Made by a program: the position numbers and the translations under genes
Notes under the pieces: generated by a model
The model's input: the letters and a program-made list of their open reading frames with translations, nothing else
What the model was told of the DNA's origin: nothing
The model's database searches: none
IMG/VR virus record: IMGVR_UViG_3300027759_000054
Direction: 5' to 3' (one strand)
DNA from: an uncultured virus (IMG/VR IMGVR_UViG_3300027759_000054)
Taxonomy: Duplodnaviria; Heunggongvirae; Uroviricota; Caudoviricetes
DNA length: 60,200 bases
Part shown: piece after piece, positions 10,070 to 19,837 of the stretch
Position numbering within the stretch: the first letter of the stretch is position 1
Layout: the number at the start of each line of letters is the position of its first letter

Positions 10070-11104
10070 ATGAGTTTATATATTGACATCAAGTATCTGA
10101 ATACGATCGCGCATCGTCTGGAGAACTTCAAGAAAAAATCTCAAGATCTATTCAACTGCAGGTGTCCTCTCTGTGGTGACTCACAACGTAACAAAAAAAG
10201 ATCTCGTGGTTATTTCTATCGTGGTAAACAGGATCTGTATTACAAGTGCCATAAGTGTGGAGCGAGTCATCACTTCGGAACCTTTCTGAAGAACTTCGAT
10301 CCTAATCAATACAGTCAGTATGTCGTCGAACGATATGCTGATGGTGGACATGGACGTGCCAATGCACATAAGAATGTTGAAACGATTCTCAAGTTTGAAG
10401 AACCAAAGTTTACAAAGAAACCTGAACCAAACCTGATCGACTCGATTATGGATCGTCTCGATACACTACCAGATGACCATGAGGTAATTCAATATGTTAC
10501 TAACCGCAGGATCCCTCGCGATGCTTTTGATAGGTTGTATTTCATATCTAATGTTAAAGATGTCATACAACTTAATGACAAATACAAAGACTCGATCATT
10601 ACGTCTGAACCGCGACTCGCGATTCCTTTTCTTGATGGCAATAACAAACTCCTTGTTGTTAGCCTTCGCGGAATCAGAGGCGAGTCACTTCGTTATATTA
10701 ACATTAAGGTAGATGAAGATGCGCCATCGATTTTTGGTTTGGATAAGGTCGATCCTACACAAGAAGTATTCGTCGTCGAAGGGCCTCTTGACTCCCTTTT
10801 TCTGCATAATTCTATTGCTTGTGCTGGAACCTCATTCGGAAAGATTGATCAACTCCCGATCTCAAAAGATAAAATAACAATCATTTTCGACAACCAACCT
10901 AAGAACAGAGACGTTGGTAAGTTGATGAATAAGTATATTGATCAGGGATATAGAATCGTAATCTGGCCAGATGTTCCAGGAAAAGATATTAATGAAATGG
11001 TTGAAAATGGATTGACTTCCGACGAAATTCAAGATATTATAAATCATAATAAGTTTCAAGGACTAGCAGCAAAGGCAAAGTATGCCATGTGGAGGAAGGT
11101 ATGA
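10070..11104 (+). CDS. gp61: DNA primase (T4 gp61-like)
   Basis: Zn finger CPLCGDS..CHKC; TOPRIM VEGPLDSLF, FDN, KDINEM. Confidence 0.95.
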   Translation: MSLYIDIKYLNTIAHRLENFKKKSQDLFNCRCPLCGDSQRNKKRSRGYFYRGKQDLYYKCHKCGASHHFGTFLKNFDPNQYSQYVVERYADGGHGRANAHKNVETILKFEEPKFTKKPEPNLIDSIMDRLDTLPDDHEVIQYVTNRRIPRDAFDRLYFISNVKDVIQLNDKYKDSIITSEPRLAIPFLDGNNKLLVVSLRGIRGESLRYINIKVDEDAPSIFGLDKVDPTQEVFVVEGPLDSLFLHNSIACAGTSFGKIDQLPISKDKITIIFDNQPKNRDVGKLMNKYIDQGYRIVIWPDVPGKDINEMVENGLTSDEIQDIINHNKFQGLAAKAKYAMWRKV

Positions 11105-11367
11105 GCGAATTGGTCGCTAATGAATATGGTATTGAGTTTAACCATATTCGCATTACAAAGTTACGTATCCATCGAACAGACGGTAAGTGGTTGGTTGAGT
11201 ATCGACGCGAACCTCGTTGGTTTCTTGGCCTCGACCGCTGGTGGTGGTTCGATGATGGCACATACATTGATTATTCTGATGCTTCTGCTCGTGTAGATAC
11301 TCTATTGGGTATTGGTTTTGTCAGCAAGGCGCAGTTCCAGACAGTTAAAGAGTTTGAAGTCGAGTAA
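11101..11367 (+). CDS. Hypothetical protein
   Basis: ATG overlaps the primase stop; SD GGAGG. Confidence 0.6.
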   Translation: MSELVANEYGIEFNHIRITKLRIHRTDGKWLVEYRREPRWFLGLDRWWWFDDGTYIDYSDASARVDTLLGIGFVSKAQFQTVKEFEVE

Positions 11368-11912
11368 TGCTTTATACTGGTTCAGGTAATATTCCGAATC
11401 ACATCTACTGTTGGGTGGACTCATCGTTCATTCGCAAGGGCGTAGAACCATATACCTTTGAACCTTGTATCTGGTTTGCATTACATTCAAAACCTGGACA
11501 TTCGTGGGGTTGTCATGTGATGTTGGAATGTGGTGCTGTCTGGCGTAGTGTTCCGCCGCATGCTCTGGCATTTTCTGCAGACCCAGAACCACAGTGGGTG
11601 CTTGAAGATACACAGGTATGGGATTGCTATGGTAATCAGTTCTCAGTTGTCAGTTATGATTATCTGAATACCCAGCGAGCAGAGATCCGCAGTAGTGGAG
11701 AGTTTGGTCGTTATCTGTTTACTGCTATTCCGATGAACGATGGTTACAGTATGCATCCATCGCAGTCTAAAGAGTTTATGTTTATAGAACTAGACAATGG
11801 CAGACTGTGTATCATGCCAACAAATGAACTGCGGTTCCACGACAAGTCATTTACCGAGGGTGATTGGTCGACTAATATTAAACTGAATACAAAATCATGG
11901 AGAGTTGAATGA
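11367..11912 (+). CDS. Hypothetical phage protein
   Basis: Translationally coupled 181-aa ORF. Confidence 0.65.
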   Translation: MLYTGSGNIPNHIYCWVDSSFIRKGVEPYTFEPCIWFALHSKPGHSWGCHVMLECGAVWRSVPPHALAFSADPEPQWVLEDTQVWDCYGNQFSVVSYDYLNTQRAEIRSSGEFGRYLFTAIPMNDGYSMHPSQSKEFMFIELDNGRLCIMPTNELRFHDKSFTEGDWSTNIKLNTKSWRVE

Positions 11913-11918
11913 GTGAAA

Positions 11919-12617
11919 ATGAGTGAAGTAAACCTAGTAAGTCTTTCTAAACCGTCTGCTTACACAGAGTGTAACTCTGCCAATGAATTGGTTGCATGGG
12001 CAGCAAGAGTATCTAATCCGTCAAACCAAAACAACACCGCAACAGCACCTAAGTTGGTTCAATATTTAATAAAGAACAAACACTGGTCACCACTGGAGAT
12101 GGTCCATGTCGCAATGGAAATTAAAACAACACGAGATATTGCCCGCCAGATTCTGCGGCATAGTTCTTTCAGATTCCAAGAGTACAGTCAGCGTTACGCC
12201 GATCCAACCCAGGATCTGGGATTTGTTGTACGGGAAGCACGTCTGCAGGATGCCAAGAATCGACAGAACTCAGTAGAGGTAGACGACGCAAGGTTGGTCG
12301 AAGAGTGGAACATGATGCAGCATTATACAATTCAAACTGCTTCCGAAGCATATGAGTGGGCAGTTCGTAACGGTATCGCAAAGGAACAAGCACGTGCTGT
12401 TCTCCCAGAAGGTAACACCGAGTCGGTCATGATTATGTCTGGGTCGCTTCGTTCATGGGTTCACTATTGTCAACTTCGCATGGACAAGGCGACACAGAAA
12501 GAACATCGCATTGTGGCAGAACAGTGCTGGGAGATTATCGGTCAGCACTTCCCCGATGTCATCAAGGCACTAGATGACATGGCAGCGCAAGCAGAGTTCG
12601 AAAGAAAACTACCTTGA
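11919..12617 (+). CDS. thyX: Flavin-dependent thymidylate synthase
   Basis: HWSPLE, RQILRHSSF..QEYSQRY, KEQARAVLP, TQKEHR. Confidence 0.95.
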   Translation: MSEVNLVSLSKPSAYTECNSANELVAWAARVSNPSNQNNTATAPKLVQYLIKNKHWSPLEMVHVAMEIKTTRDIARQILRHSSFRFQEYSQRYADPTQDLGFVVREARLQDAKNRQNSVEVDDARLVEEWNMMQHYTIQTASEAYEWAVRNGIAKEQARAVLPEGNTESVMIMSGSLRSWVHYCQLRMDKATQKEHRIVAEQCWEIIGQHFPDVIKALDDMAAQAEFERKLP

Positions 12618-13240
12618 CCCAATCTGGAAAAAAGTTTCAAAATTCTCAGGGCGAGATTTTTTCGCGGCCCAATTTTGAGTCCAAAAACCCGCACGAAACC
12701 GTTGTTGTTAAAGAAAATGACGACGGTGAATTATATATAGAACTCCCGCATGATCTATTGAAGACTCTTCGCTGGGATGAAGACACAGAACTGGTATGGT
12801 CCGAAAAAAACGATGGTTCTTGGGCATTAACAAAGAAAGAAGATATTATGAATAACCAAAAAGACGTTACCGAATTTATGGCATCTGCTGATCAGTATAT
12901 CGGAACAACACCGCACTTGAACGAGAAAAATGAGCAGCAAGCACGCCTATATATTGACCTGATAGATGAAGAATTTCGTGAACTATGCGACGGATTTCTT
13001 CGTCGCCATATCGGAGACATTGCTGACGGTGGCGCCGACCTAGTTTGGGTTGTCCAAGGATTGTTCATAACTCTTGGGATTGACTTTGACAAGGTATGGA
13101 AAGAAGTTCGTGCTTCTAACATGAGCAAGGTTTCTGATAATGGCAAGATTAAAAAGCGTGAAGATGGTAAGATTTTGAAACCAGAGTCTTACTTTAAACC
13201 AGATATTGAACGAGTATTGAAGGAACAGGGACTTAAATGA
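12614..13240 (+). CDS. AbrB-like domain fused to MazG/HisE-like NTP pyrophosphohydrolase
   Basis: GELYIELP..LL..LRW.E...L.W (AbrB-like); LIDEEFREL, DGGADL.WV, SNMSK, REDGKILKP; possible internal start at 12848. Confidence 0.75.
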   Translation: MTQSGKKFQNSQGEIFSRPNFESKNPHETVVVKENDDGELYIELPHDLLKTLRWDEDTELVWSEKNDGSWALTKKEDIMNNQKDVTEFMASADQYIGTTPHLNEKNEQQARLYIDLIDEEFRELCDGFLRRHIGDIADGGADLVWVVQGLFITLGIDFDKVWKEVRASNMSKVSDNGKIKKREDGKILKPESYFKPDIERVLKEQGLK

Positions 13241-15036
13241 AAAAAGAAACCTATCTGGGTATAGAAATAGATTATTCACGCGACTCTCTATTTGATAAAC
13301 TTGGTATCCAGCGACTAGAAGAATCATACATGCGAGAGGACGAAACTTCTCCGCAGCATAGATTCGCATATGTTTCTACTACTTTCGCATCAAATCTGGA
13401 GCATGCTCAGCGTTTATATGAGTATTCATCTAAGCATTGGTTGTCATATGCGACACCAATTCTTTCCTTTGGTCGTTCTAAGCGTGGAATGCCAATCAGT
13501 TGTTTTTTAAATTTCATTGATGACACAGCAGAAGGTTTAGTTGAGAATCTCAGCGAAACCAGTTGGTTGTCGATGCTTGGGGGTGGAGTTGGAATTGGTT
13601 TTGGAATCCGTGCTGCTGACGATAAGTCTACTGGCGTTATGCCACATCTTAAAACTTATGACGCAAGTTCCATGGCGTATCGTCAGGGTCGCACTCGTCG
13701 TGGCAGTTATGCCGCTTATCTTGACATTAGTCATCCTGACGTGGGTCAATTTCTTGAGATGCGTAAACCTACTGGTGACCCCAACATACGATGCCTCAAT
13801 CTACACCACGGAATCAACATTACAGATGACTTCATGGAAATCGTCCAACGATGCATGGCAGACCAAGACGCAGATGACAGTTGGAATCTGAAAGATCCAC
13901 ATTCTGGGGTAATTCGTGATACAGTTTCAGCGAAGGAACTCTGGCAGAAGATTCTAGAACTGCGTATGATGACTGGCGAACCATACCTGCACTTCATTGA
14001 TACATCAAATCGCATGATGCCGCAGTTCCAGAAAGATCTCGGTCTGAAAATTCATCAGTCGAATCTCTGTTCAGAAATCATTCTACCAACTGACAAGAAG
14101 CGTACTGCTGTTTGTTGTTTGTCTTCGGTCAATCTAGAATATTATGATGCGTGGTCCAAGGATCCGTTGTTCCTCAAGGACATGGCAGAGATGCTTGACA
14201 ATGTTCTGCAATACTTCATTGACAATGCTCCGAACACAGTAAAACGTGCCAAGTATGCGGCAATGCGTGAACGTTCCATTGGCATTGGTGCACTAGGTTT
14301 CCATGCTTATCTTCAGCGCAAGAGTATTGCATGGGAGTCGGCAGTTGCTAAGGGGACAAACATGCGCATGTTCAAACTAATCAAGCAACGTCTTGACGTG
14401 GCAAACCTAGAACTTGGTGCTGAACGTGGTGAAGCACCTGATGCTACAGGAACTGGTCGCCGATTCTCCCACACACAGGCAATCGCACCAAATGCATCTT
14501 CTTCAATCATCATGGGCAACACCAGTCCGTCGATTGAACCATGGCGAGCAAATGCATATCGTCAGGATACATTATCGGGTTCATTTCTCAATAAGAATAA
14601 ATACCTTGACTTTATTGTTAAAATAGAAGCAGCGAATCACAAGGATGGTTGGTATGATGAGACTTGGTCTTCGATTATCGCCAATGATGGTTCGGTGCAA
14701 CACCTTACGTGGATGGATGCAATTACCAAGGAAGTGTTCAAGACTTCAATGGAAATTGACCAACGGTGGGTTATTGAGCATGCGGCAGACAGGCAGAAGT
14801 TTATTGATCAGGCACAGTCTCTCAATCTATTCTTCCGCCCCGATGCGAATATCAAATATCTTCATGCTGTCCACTTCCTCGCATGGAAGCAGGGGTTGAA
14901 GACTTTATATTATTGTCGTTCAGAAAAAATAGGAAAAGCAGACAAGGTTTCTAAGCGCATTGAGCGCGAAGCAATTAAAGAGATTGACTTCAAGGCAATG
15001 ATCGACGGTGATAACTGTGTTGCATGCGAAGGATAA
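13237..15036 (+). CDS. nrdA: Ribonucleotide reductase class Ia alpha subunit (short, no ATP cone)
   Basis: SCF, SNLCSEI, AIAPNASSS, KTLYY and C-terminal CVAC. Confidence 0.96.
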   Translation: MKKETYLGIEIDYSRDSLFDKLGIQRLEESYMREDETSPQHRFAYVSTTFASNLEHAQRLYEYSSKHWLSYATPILSFGRSKRGMPISCFLNFIDDTAEGLVENLSETSWLSMLGGGVGIGFGIRAADDKSTGVMPHLKTYDASSMAYRQGRTRRGSYAAYLDISHPDVGQFLEMRKPTGDPNIRCLNLHHGINITDDFMEIVQRCMADQDADDSWNLKDPHSGVIRDTVSAKELWQKILELRMMTGEPYLHFIDTSNRMMPQFQKDLGLKIHQSNLCSEIILPTDKKRTAVCCLSSVNLEYYDAWSKDPLFLKDMAEMLDNVLQYFIDNAPNTVKRAKYAAMRERSIGIGALGFHAYLQRKSIAWESAVAKGTNMRMFKLIKQRLDVANLELGAERGEAPDATGTGRRFSHTQAIAPNASSSIIMGNTSPSIEPWRANAYRQDTLSGSFLNKNKYLDFIVKIEAANHKDGWYDETWSSIIANDGSVQHLTWMDAITKEVFKTSMEIDQRWVIEHAADRQKFIDQAQSLNLFFRPDANIKYLHAVHFLAWKQGLKTLYYCRSEKIGKADKVSKRIEREAIKEIDFKAMIDGDNCVACEG

Positions 15037-15039
15037 GAA

Positions 15040-15276
15040 ATGATAAGTTATTTTGCACAAATAGTATCGAAACCTGATTGTCCATACTGCGATCTTGCCA
15101 AAGAGTTTATGCTGGGGATGGACATTCAGTATACAGAAATGGTAGTTGGTGAAGATTGTCTCTGGGAAGACATTACCGCACAATTACCTGAAGTAAAAAC
15201 AGTTCCGCAAATTTGGATCAATGGTGATCATGTTGGCGGATACGACGATCTAGTAAAATGGGCAGAAACCGCATGA
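15040..15276 (+). CDS. nrdC: Glutaredoxin
   Basis: CPYC, TVPQI, GGYDD. Confidence 0.92.
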   Translation: MISYFAQIVSKPDCPYCDLAKEFMLGMDIQYTEMVVGEDCLWEDITAQLPEVKTVPQIWINGDHVGGYDDLVKWAETA

Positions 15277-16247
15277 CTTTAATGACAGAACGAGCATATT
15301 TTAAACCATTCAACTACCCATGGGCATATGACGCATGGTTGAAACACGAGCAGTCGCATTGGTTGCACACTGAAGTCCCGATGTCGGAAGATGTCAATGA
15401 CTGGAAGAAGCGTCTCAATGATGGTGAAAAGCATTTCCTAACCAACATTTTCCGCTTCTTCACACAGGGTGACATCGATGTTGCTGGTGGTTATGTGAAG
15501 AATTATCTTCCGTATTTCCCACAACCTGAAGTCCGTATGATGTTGATGGGATTTGCGGCAAGGGAGGCACTTCATGTTGCAGCGTATTCTCACCTCATTG
15601 AAACACTGGGTATGCCAGAAACAACGTATCAGGAATTCCTCGAATACGACTCAATGCGAGCAAAGCACGACTACTTTACAGATTTGTCGAATGCAAATGG
15701 AACACCTGAATCGGTCGCGACCAATATCGCTGCATTTAGTGCATTCACTGAGGGTATGCAACTGTTCTCATCCTTTATCATGCTCCTCAACTTCCCTCGT
15801 CACGGAAAGATGAAGGGAATGGGACAGATCGTTACTTGGTCGATTGTTGATGAAACTCAACACGCTGAAGGTATGATTAAACTGTTCCGTTCATATGTTG
15901 AAGAGAATCGTGAATTGTGGAATGACGATCTAAAGTCACAGATCTATACCATCGCAGAAAAGATGGTTGAACTCGAAGACAAGTTTATCGAACTGTCATT
16001 CTCGATGGGTGAAATGGAAAATCTTACTGAAGAAGATGTTAAGAAGTATATCCGCTATATCTGCGACCGTCGACTGATTAGTCTTGGTCTCAAGGGTATC
16101 TTCAAGGTTAAGAAAAATCCTCTGCCATGGGTCGAGGAAATGATCAATGCTCCTACGCATACCAACTTCTTTGAAAATCGTGCTACCGACTATGCTAAGG
16201 GCGCACTATCAGGTAAATGGGATGATGTCTGGGGCGTAGCAGCATAA
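15273..16247 (+). CDS. nrdB: Ribonucleotide reductase beta subunit
   Basis: EALH..AY, EGMQLFSSF, DETQH, NFFE....Y. Confidence 0.96.
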   Translation: MTLMTERAYFKPFNYPWAYDAWLKHEQSHWLHTEVPMSEDVNDWKKRLNDGEKHFLTNIFRFFTQGDIDVAGGYVKNYLPYFPQPEVRMMLMGFAAREALHVAAYSHLIETLGMPETTYQEFLEYDSMRAKHDYFTDLSNANGTPESVATNIAAFSAFTEGMQLFSSFIMLLNFPRHGKMKGMGQIVTWSIVDETQHAEGMIKLFRSYVEENRELWNDDLKSQIYTIAEKMVELEDKFIELSFSMGEMENLTEEDVKKYIRYICDRRLISLGLKGIFKVKKNPLPWVEEMINAPTHTNFFENRATDYAKGALSGKWDDVWGVAA

Positions 16248-16270
16248 AATTAAACGAGAAAGGAACTAAC

Positions 16271-16567
16271 ATGGCGAAGAAACTTACTATTACGAATACG
16301 AGACCCTCATATCAAACTTTGTGGTATTTTCAAACCAATCCACCACAAAATACTGTTTTAGACGAATGGTTGCAAACCAACAGTGATAAAGTAACATTTC
16401 ATTTCGACATCTCAAATGGTGGTAATACTCAGACGTTGGAATATACGTTTGCAGATGATGCAGCTGCTGAAGAGTTTTCAAATTTATTTTCAAGCAATAT
16501 ACAATTAGTTGAAGATTATCATGCTTCTGTGGGGATTACATCAACTCAAACCATTACTGATGTTTAA
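16271..16567 (+). CDS. Hypothetical protein
   Basis: SD AAGGA; 98-aa ORF. Confidence 0.6.
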   Translation: MAKKLTITNTRPSYQTLWYFQTNPPQNTVLDEWLQTNSDKVTFHFDISNGGNTQTLEYTFADDAAAEEFSNLFSSNIQLVEDYHASVGITSTQTITDV

Positions 16568-16572
16568 TTTAC

Positions 16573-16737
16573 ATGTTTGACGAAGAGCATGAATGTAATA
16601 ATTGTGATGCAGTCTTCAAAGTCGATCATGACTTAGACGACGATTATTACAAAGTCAAACATTGTCCCTTCTGCGGGACAAAAGTTACCGAAGACGAAGA
16701 AGATTTGTCTTGGGATGGTTGGGAAGAGGACGAATAA
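16573..16737 (+). CDS. Small zinc-ribbon protein (54 aa, not in the ORF track)
   Basis: MFDEEHECNNC...HCPFCG with acidic tail. Confidence 0.7.
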   Translation: MFDEEHECNNCDAVFKVDHDLDDDYYKVKHCPFCGTKVTEDEEDLSWDGWEEDE

Positions 16738-16762
16738 ATAATCTACTTACGGAGTAGATTAT
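16733..16762 (+). promoter_or_regulatory. Late promoter overlapping an RBS-sequestering hairpin
   Basis: AATAAATA 16733-16740; stem ATAATCTACT/AGTAGATTAT covers the SD and start codon. Confidence 0.7.
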
Positions 16763-17117
16763 GATTGTTAAGAAAAAACGTAAGCCGTTGCCGAAGAAGG
16801 TACACCGAGTATATTGCACTTACTTCGACGACGGCAAATTTTATATTGGGTATTCATGTAAGACAGAGAAACTTTTCGAAGCATACTTTGGAAGTTCCTC
16901 TTATGTGACTAATTATACTGGCGAGATGCGCAAAGAAGTTGTCGCTGAATATGACAGCAAATCGCATGCCAAAGCAGTCGAGCATATCCTGCAATGGGAG
17001 CATAGACTCAACGATAATTGCATCAATCAAATGTGGAATGTGCGTCTGAGACTTGATCACTTGAAAGAATTAAAATTGCCTGATTGGAGACCTGGATGTT
17101 TTTCGCAGCACTCTTGA
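16761..17117 (+). CDS. Stand-alone GIY-YIG (Seg-like) nuclease domain
   Basis: VY...KFYIG, YFGSS, conserved E and N; no DNA-binding tail. Confidence 0.7.
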   Translation: MIVKKKRKPLPKKVHRVYCTYFDDGKFYIGYSCKTEKLFEAYFGSSSYVTNYTGEMRKEVVAEYDSKSHAKAVEHILQWEHRLNDNCINQMWNVRLRLDHLKELKLPDWRPGCFSQHS

Positions 17118-18064
17118 TGCTAACTGCACTTGCGATTACTGGTGTCGCTGGGTATTTTTCAATACTTGGGTTGATGGCAATTTTCCCAGCATCCCCGATC
17201 GCTGTTGCAGTGATGGGTGGTGTGCTTGAAGTCGCCAAACTCATTACTGCCAGTTGGGTATATCGTAACTGGAAAAGTGCCAACAAACTGTTGAAGACTT
17301 ACTTCACTATTGCAGTGTGTGTACTGTCATTTATTACAAGTATGGGCGTGTTCGGTTATCTCAGTCGATCGCACATTGAACACACTACTGTTGGTGGTTC
17401 AGCAGTATTTAAAATAGAACAACTCGAAAGCAAGAAGACATCTGCCGAAAGGAGACTCAAAAATGCACAAACATCGTTGGATACTCTGGACAGACTCACT
17501 ACTGCAGAGGATGTGCTCGATGCTAATTTCATTAGAAACCGACAGAAAAGAGAACGTGCGTCCCTTGATAATGAAATTAAGAGTGCGACTGCAGACATTG
17601 AGACTATTGAGACTGATCTCATACCGCTCAAAACAGAAAATCTCAAACTCGAAGCAGAAGTAGGTCCGATAAAATACATCGCAGAACTGTTTTATGGTAG
17701 TGGTGATACTGCTACTATCGATAAAGCAGTGCGTCTGATGATTATCATGCTTATATTCGTGTTCGACCCACTAGCAATTTTATTAATTATTGCTGCCAAT
17801 ATGACACTTTTAAGCTTGACAAAGAAGGAAGAATCAGGTATAGTAGACTATGTCGTTGTTGATGAGAGTAAACCAAAGAAGGTTGTTCAGACTACTAAGA
17901 ACTCTAAGAAGAAACCTGTTGTTGAAACACCAGACTTCTTTGCGTTCGAGAAACATGAGAATAAATCTCTTTCAACGCATGACATACCAGCGCCAGATCC
18001 TCCGAGGAGATCCTGGAGAGATGGTAAAATTATTATTGATGAAAACAATATAAGGAAAATGTGA
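17096..18064 (+). CDS. Membrane-anchored coiled-coil protein
   Basis: Three N-terminal TMs, coiled coil, EVGPIKYIAE and FVFDPLA motifs. Confidence 0.7.
   Translation: MFFAALLMLTALAITGVAGYFSILGLMAIFPASPIAVAVMGGVLEVAKLITASWVYRNWKSANKLLKTYFTIAVCVLSFITSMGVFGYLSRSHIEHTTVGGSAVFKIEQLESKKTSAERRLKNAQTSLDTLDRLTTAEDVLDANFIRNRQKRERASLDNEIKSATADIETIETDLIPLKTENLKLEAEVGPIKYIAELFYGSGDTATIDKAVRLMIIMLIFVFDPLAILLIIAANMTLLSLTKKEESGIVDYVVVDESKPKKVVQTTKNSKKKPVVETPDFFAFEKHENKSLSTHDIPAPDPPRRSWRDGKIIIDENNIRKM
17816..17844 (+). promoter_or_regulatory. Intragenic sigma70-type promoter
   Basis: GC-TTGACA-17-TATAGT. Confidence 0.55.
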
Positions 18065-18321
18065 TGGATATTATGAATCAAGAATGGCGCGACGGTCTAA
18101 AGGTAACTCTTGCTCAGGGTGAAGCGACTGTCAGTTTTACGAAACTGAATGGTCAAGAACGTGTGATGCGCTGTACTCTACAAGAGAGTGTTGTTCCCGC
18201 ATACAGTGAAAAGGGAACAAAGACAAAACCACCCAGCGGTGAAACCCTCGCAGTTTGGGATCTAGAAAAAGGTGAATGGCGAGCATTTCGTTATGACCGA
18301 ATCACCTCTGTTAAATTTTAG
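18061..18321 (+). CDS. WYL_2 / Sm-like SH3 beta-barrel protein
   Basis: VSFTK.NG.ERVMRCT and VWDLEK..WRAFR. Confidence 0.75.
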   Translation: MMDIMNQEWRDGLKVTLAQGEATVSFTKLNGQERVMRCTLQESVVPAYSEKGTKTKPPSGETLAVWDLEKGEWRAFRYDRITSVKF

Positions 18322-18324
18322 GGC

Positions 18325-18353
18325 TTGTCTTTTCCCACAAATTATAGTATAGT
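18325..18353 (+). promoter_or_regulatory. Early promoter cassette
   Basis: TTTAGGGC-TTGTCT-17-TATAGT. Confidence 0.6.
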
Positions 18354-18380
18354 GGATATATTATGAAGAAAGGTGAATCT

Positions 18381-19505
18381 ATGTATAAGTTGAAAGTTCC
18401 TGTTGCTGATTCTAAGGTCATGGGCGTAGAACCAATCTGGGTTGAAGACTATGCACCCGCAGATTACCAGTCAGAATATGGCAAGGCATTAAATTGGTAT
18501 AACTTCATCGTTGACCAGAAAGATTGCCGTGCGTTTCTTGTTGACTGGTTCAAGGGTGATGCTACCAAACTGAAAGCAGTCAGTCAGTTATCCGACAAGA
18601 TGCTCCCTCGGACATATGCTAACAGTGCACGTATCGCTATGCGTGGATTTCCACTCACCGATGAGAATAAGGCACGCATCTGGGAAAAGGTGGAAGAACG
18701 TGTTAATAAGAAAACTGTTCTGATTGAAGATGACGCCACTGTGCCCGATCCTGTTATTAAAGCAGTGAAGAAACCGCTGGTTGCGTCTGCTTTCATTGTA
18801 TCCGAAGTCAATGATGAGATTGAGAATTTGATCGCTGGCGAAGATACTCGTAACATCGCACAGATTTTAATGCCTTATCGTTTGTCGGATAAGAACTATC
18901 TTGACTGTGTAGAAAAGATTCAACCAATTCTTGCTGAGTTTGCTGAACTTGTAGAAGTTCGTCGACTCCCCAAGAGTCAAATGAACGATTCACAGGAACA
19001 ACTGCTCGAGAGTTATGCGCATCTGACAAGCATGAAGTCTGTTAAAGATATTGTTAAACTGCTCGAAACATATATCAGTGATCTCAAGAAGTCATATGTC
19101 AGCAAGCAGGTTGCCAAGGTTCGTAAGAAGAAACCAAAGGATAAGACCAAATTGGTCCAGAACCTAAAGTTCCTCGTGGAAGATACTGCACTTGGTGTCA
19201 CCAGCGTCGAACCTATCAATCTACTAAACTGTAGTGAAGTGTGGACATTCGATACCAAGACTCGGAAGATCTCTAAATTCTTCAGCCCAGTCAGCGGAAG
19301 CATTACTGTAAAGGGTGCAAGTCTTGTAGGATTTGATGCGAACTTCTCTAACTCACGACTTCTTCGTAAACCAGAGACTCAAGTAAAAGAATTTTCTGAA
19401 CTAGCGAAAAAAGACTTGACTAAATGGTACTCAGCCGTTAAAAGTAAGAGTGGACCTGTGCGTGCACGACTGACTCCGACTACATTAATTTTGAAAGTGT
19501 TTTGA
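18381..19505 (+). CDS. Conserved T4-like hypothetical protein
   Basis: ALNWYN, FDTKTRK..VKG...GFD..S..LRKP pattern. Confidence 0.65.
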   Translation: MYKLKVPVADSKVMGVEPIWVEDYAPADYQSEYGKALNWYNFIVDQKDCRAFLVDWFKGDATKLKAVSQLSDKMLPRTYANSARIAMRGFPLTDENKARIWEKVEERVNKKTVLIEDDATVPDPVIKAVKKPLVASAFIVSEVNDEIENLIAGEDTRNIAQILMPYRLSDKNYLDCVEKIQPILAEFAELVEVRRLPKSQMNDSQEQLLESYAHLTSMKSVKDIVKLLETYISDLKKSYVSKQVAKVRKKKPKDKTKLVQNLKFLVEDTALGVTSVEPINLLNCSEVWTFDTKTRKISKFFSPVSGSITVKGASLVGFDANFSNSRLLRKPETQVKEFSELAKKDLTKWYSAVKSKSGPVRARLTPTTLILKVF

Positions 19506-19837
19506 TGACCGATAAGAGTGACAATATTACTTACCTAAAGACAAATACGGTTAAGGAGATCGACAAAGAATCTCTGAGTTATTTCCTGCAAGGTGCCACA
19601 GAATATGCAGCATACCAGGATGCAGAAACATTCGCGCAGGCCTGTCTGCGAGGTATTCTTTTGGCGACGGAAAAAAAGATTGGTCTAACCAATGAGAACT
19701 TTCATTCTGATGCTGCTGTAATCGCTGTTATGATCACTGGTTTATACATGCGTCAGGCAGGAGTTGACTGTCCTGAGATTAACATGCTTAATGATGTTCG
19801 TGAGGCATTAACTATTACGAAAGAAGATACAGAATGA
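19502..19837 (+). CDS. Hypothetical protein
   Basis: Coupled ORF between its neighbours. Confidence 0.55.
   Translation: MMTDKSDNITYLKTNTVKEIDKESLSYFLQGATEYAAYQDAETFAQACLRGILLATEKKIGLTNENFHSDAAVIAVMITGLYMRQAGVDCPEINMLNDVREALTITKEDTE

Noticed and set aside
11919..16247. Group I introns or inteins in thyX/nrdA/nrdB
   Set aside because: All three are uninterrupted and of normal or short length
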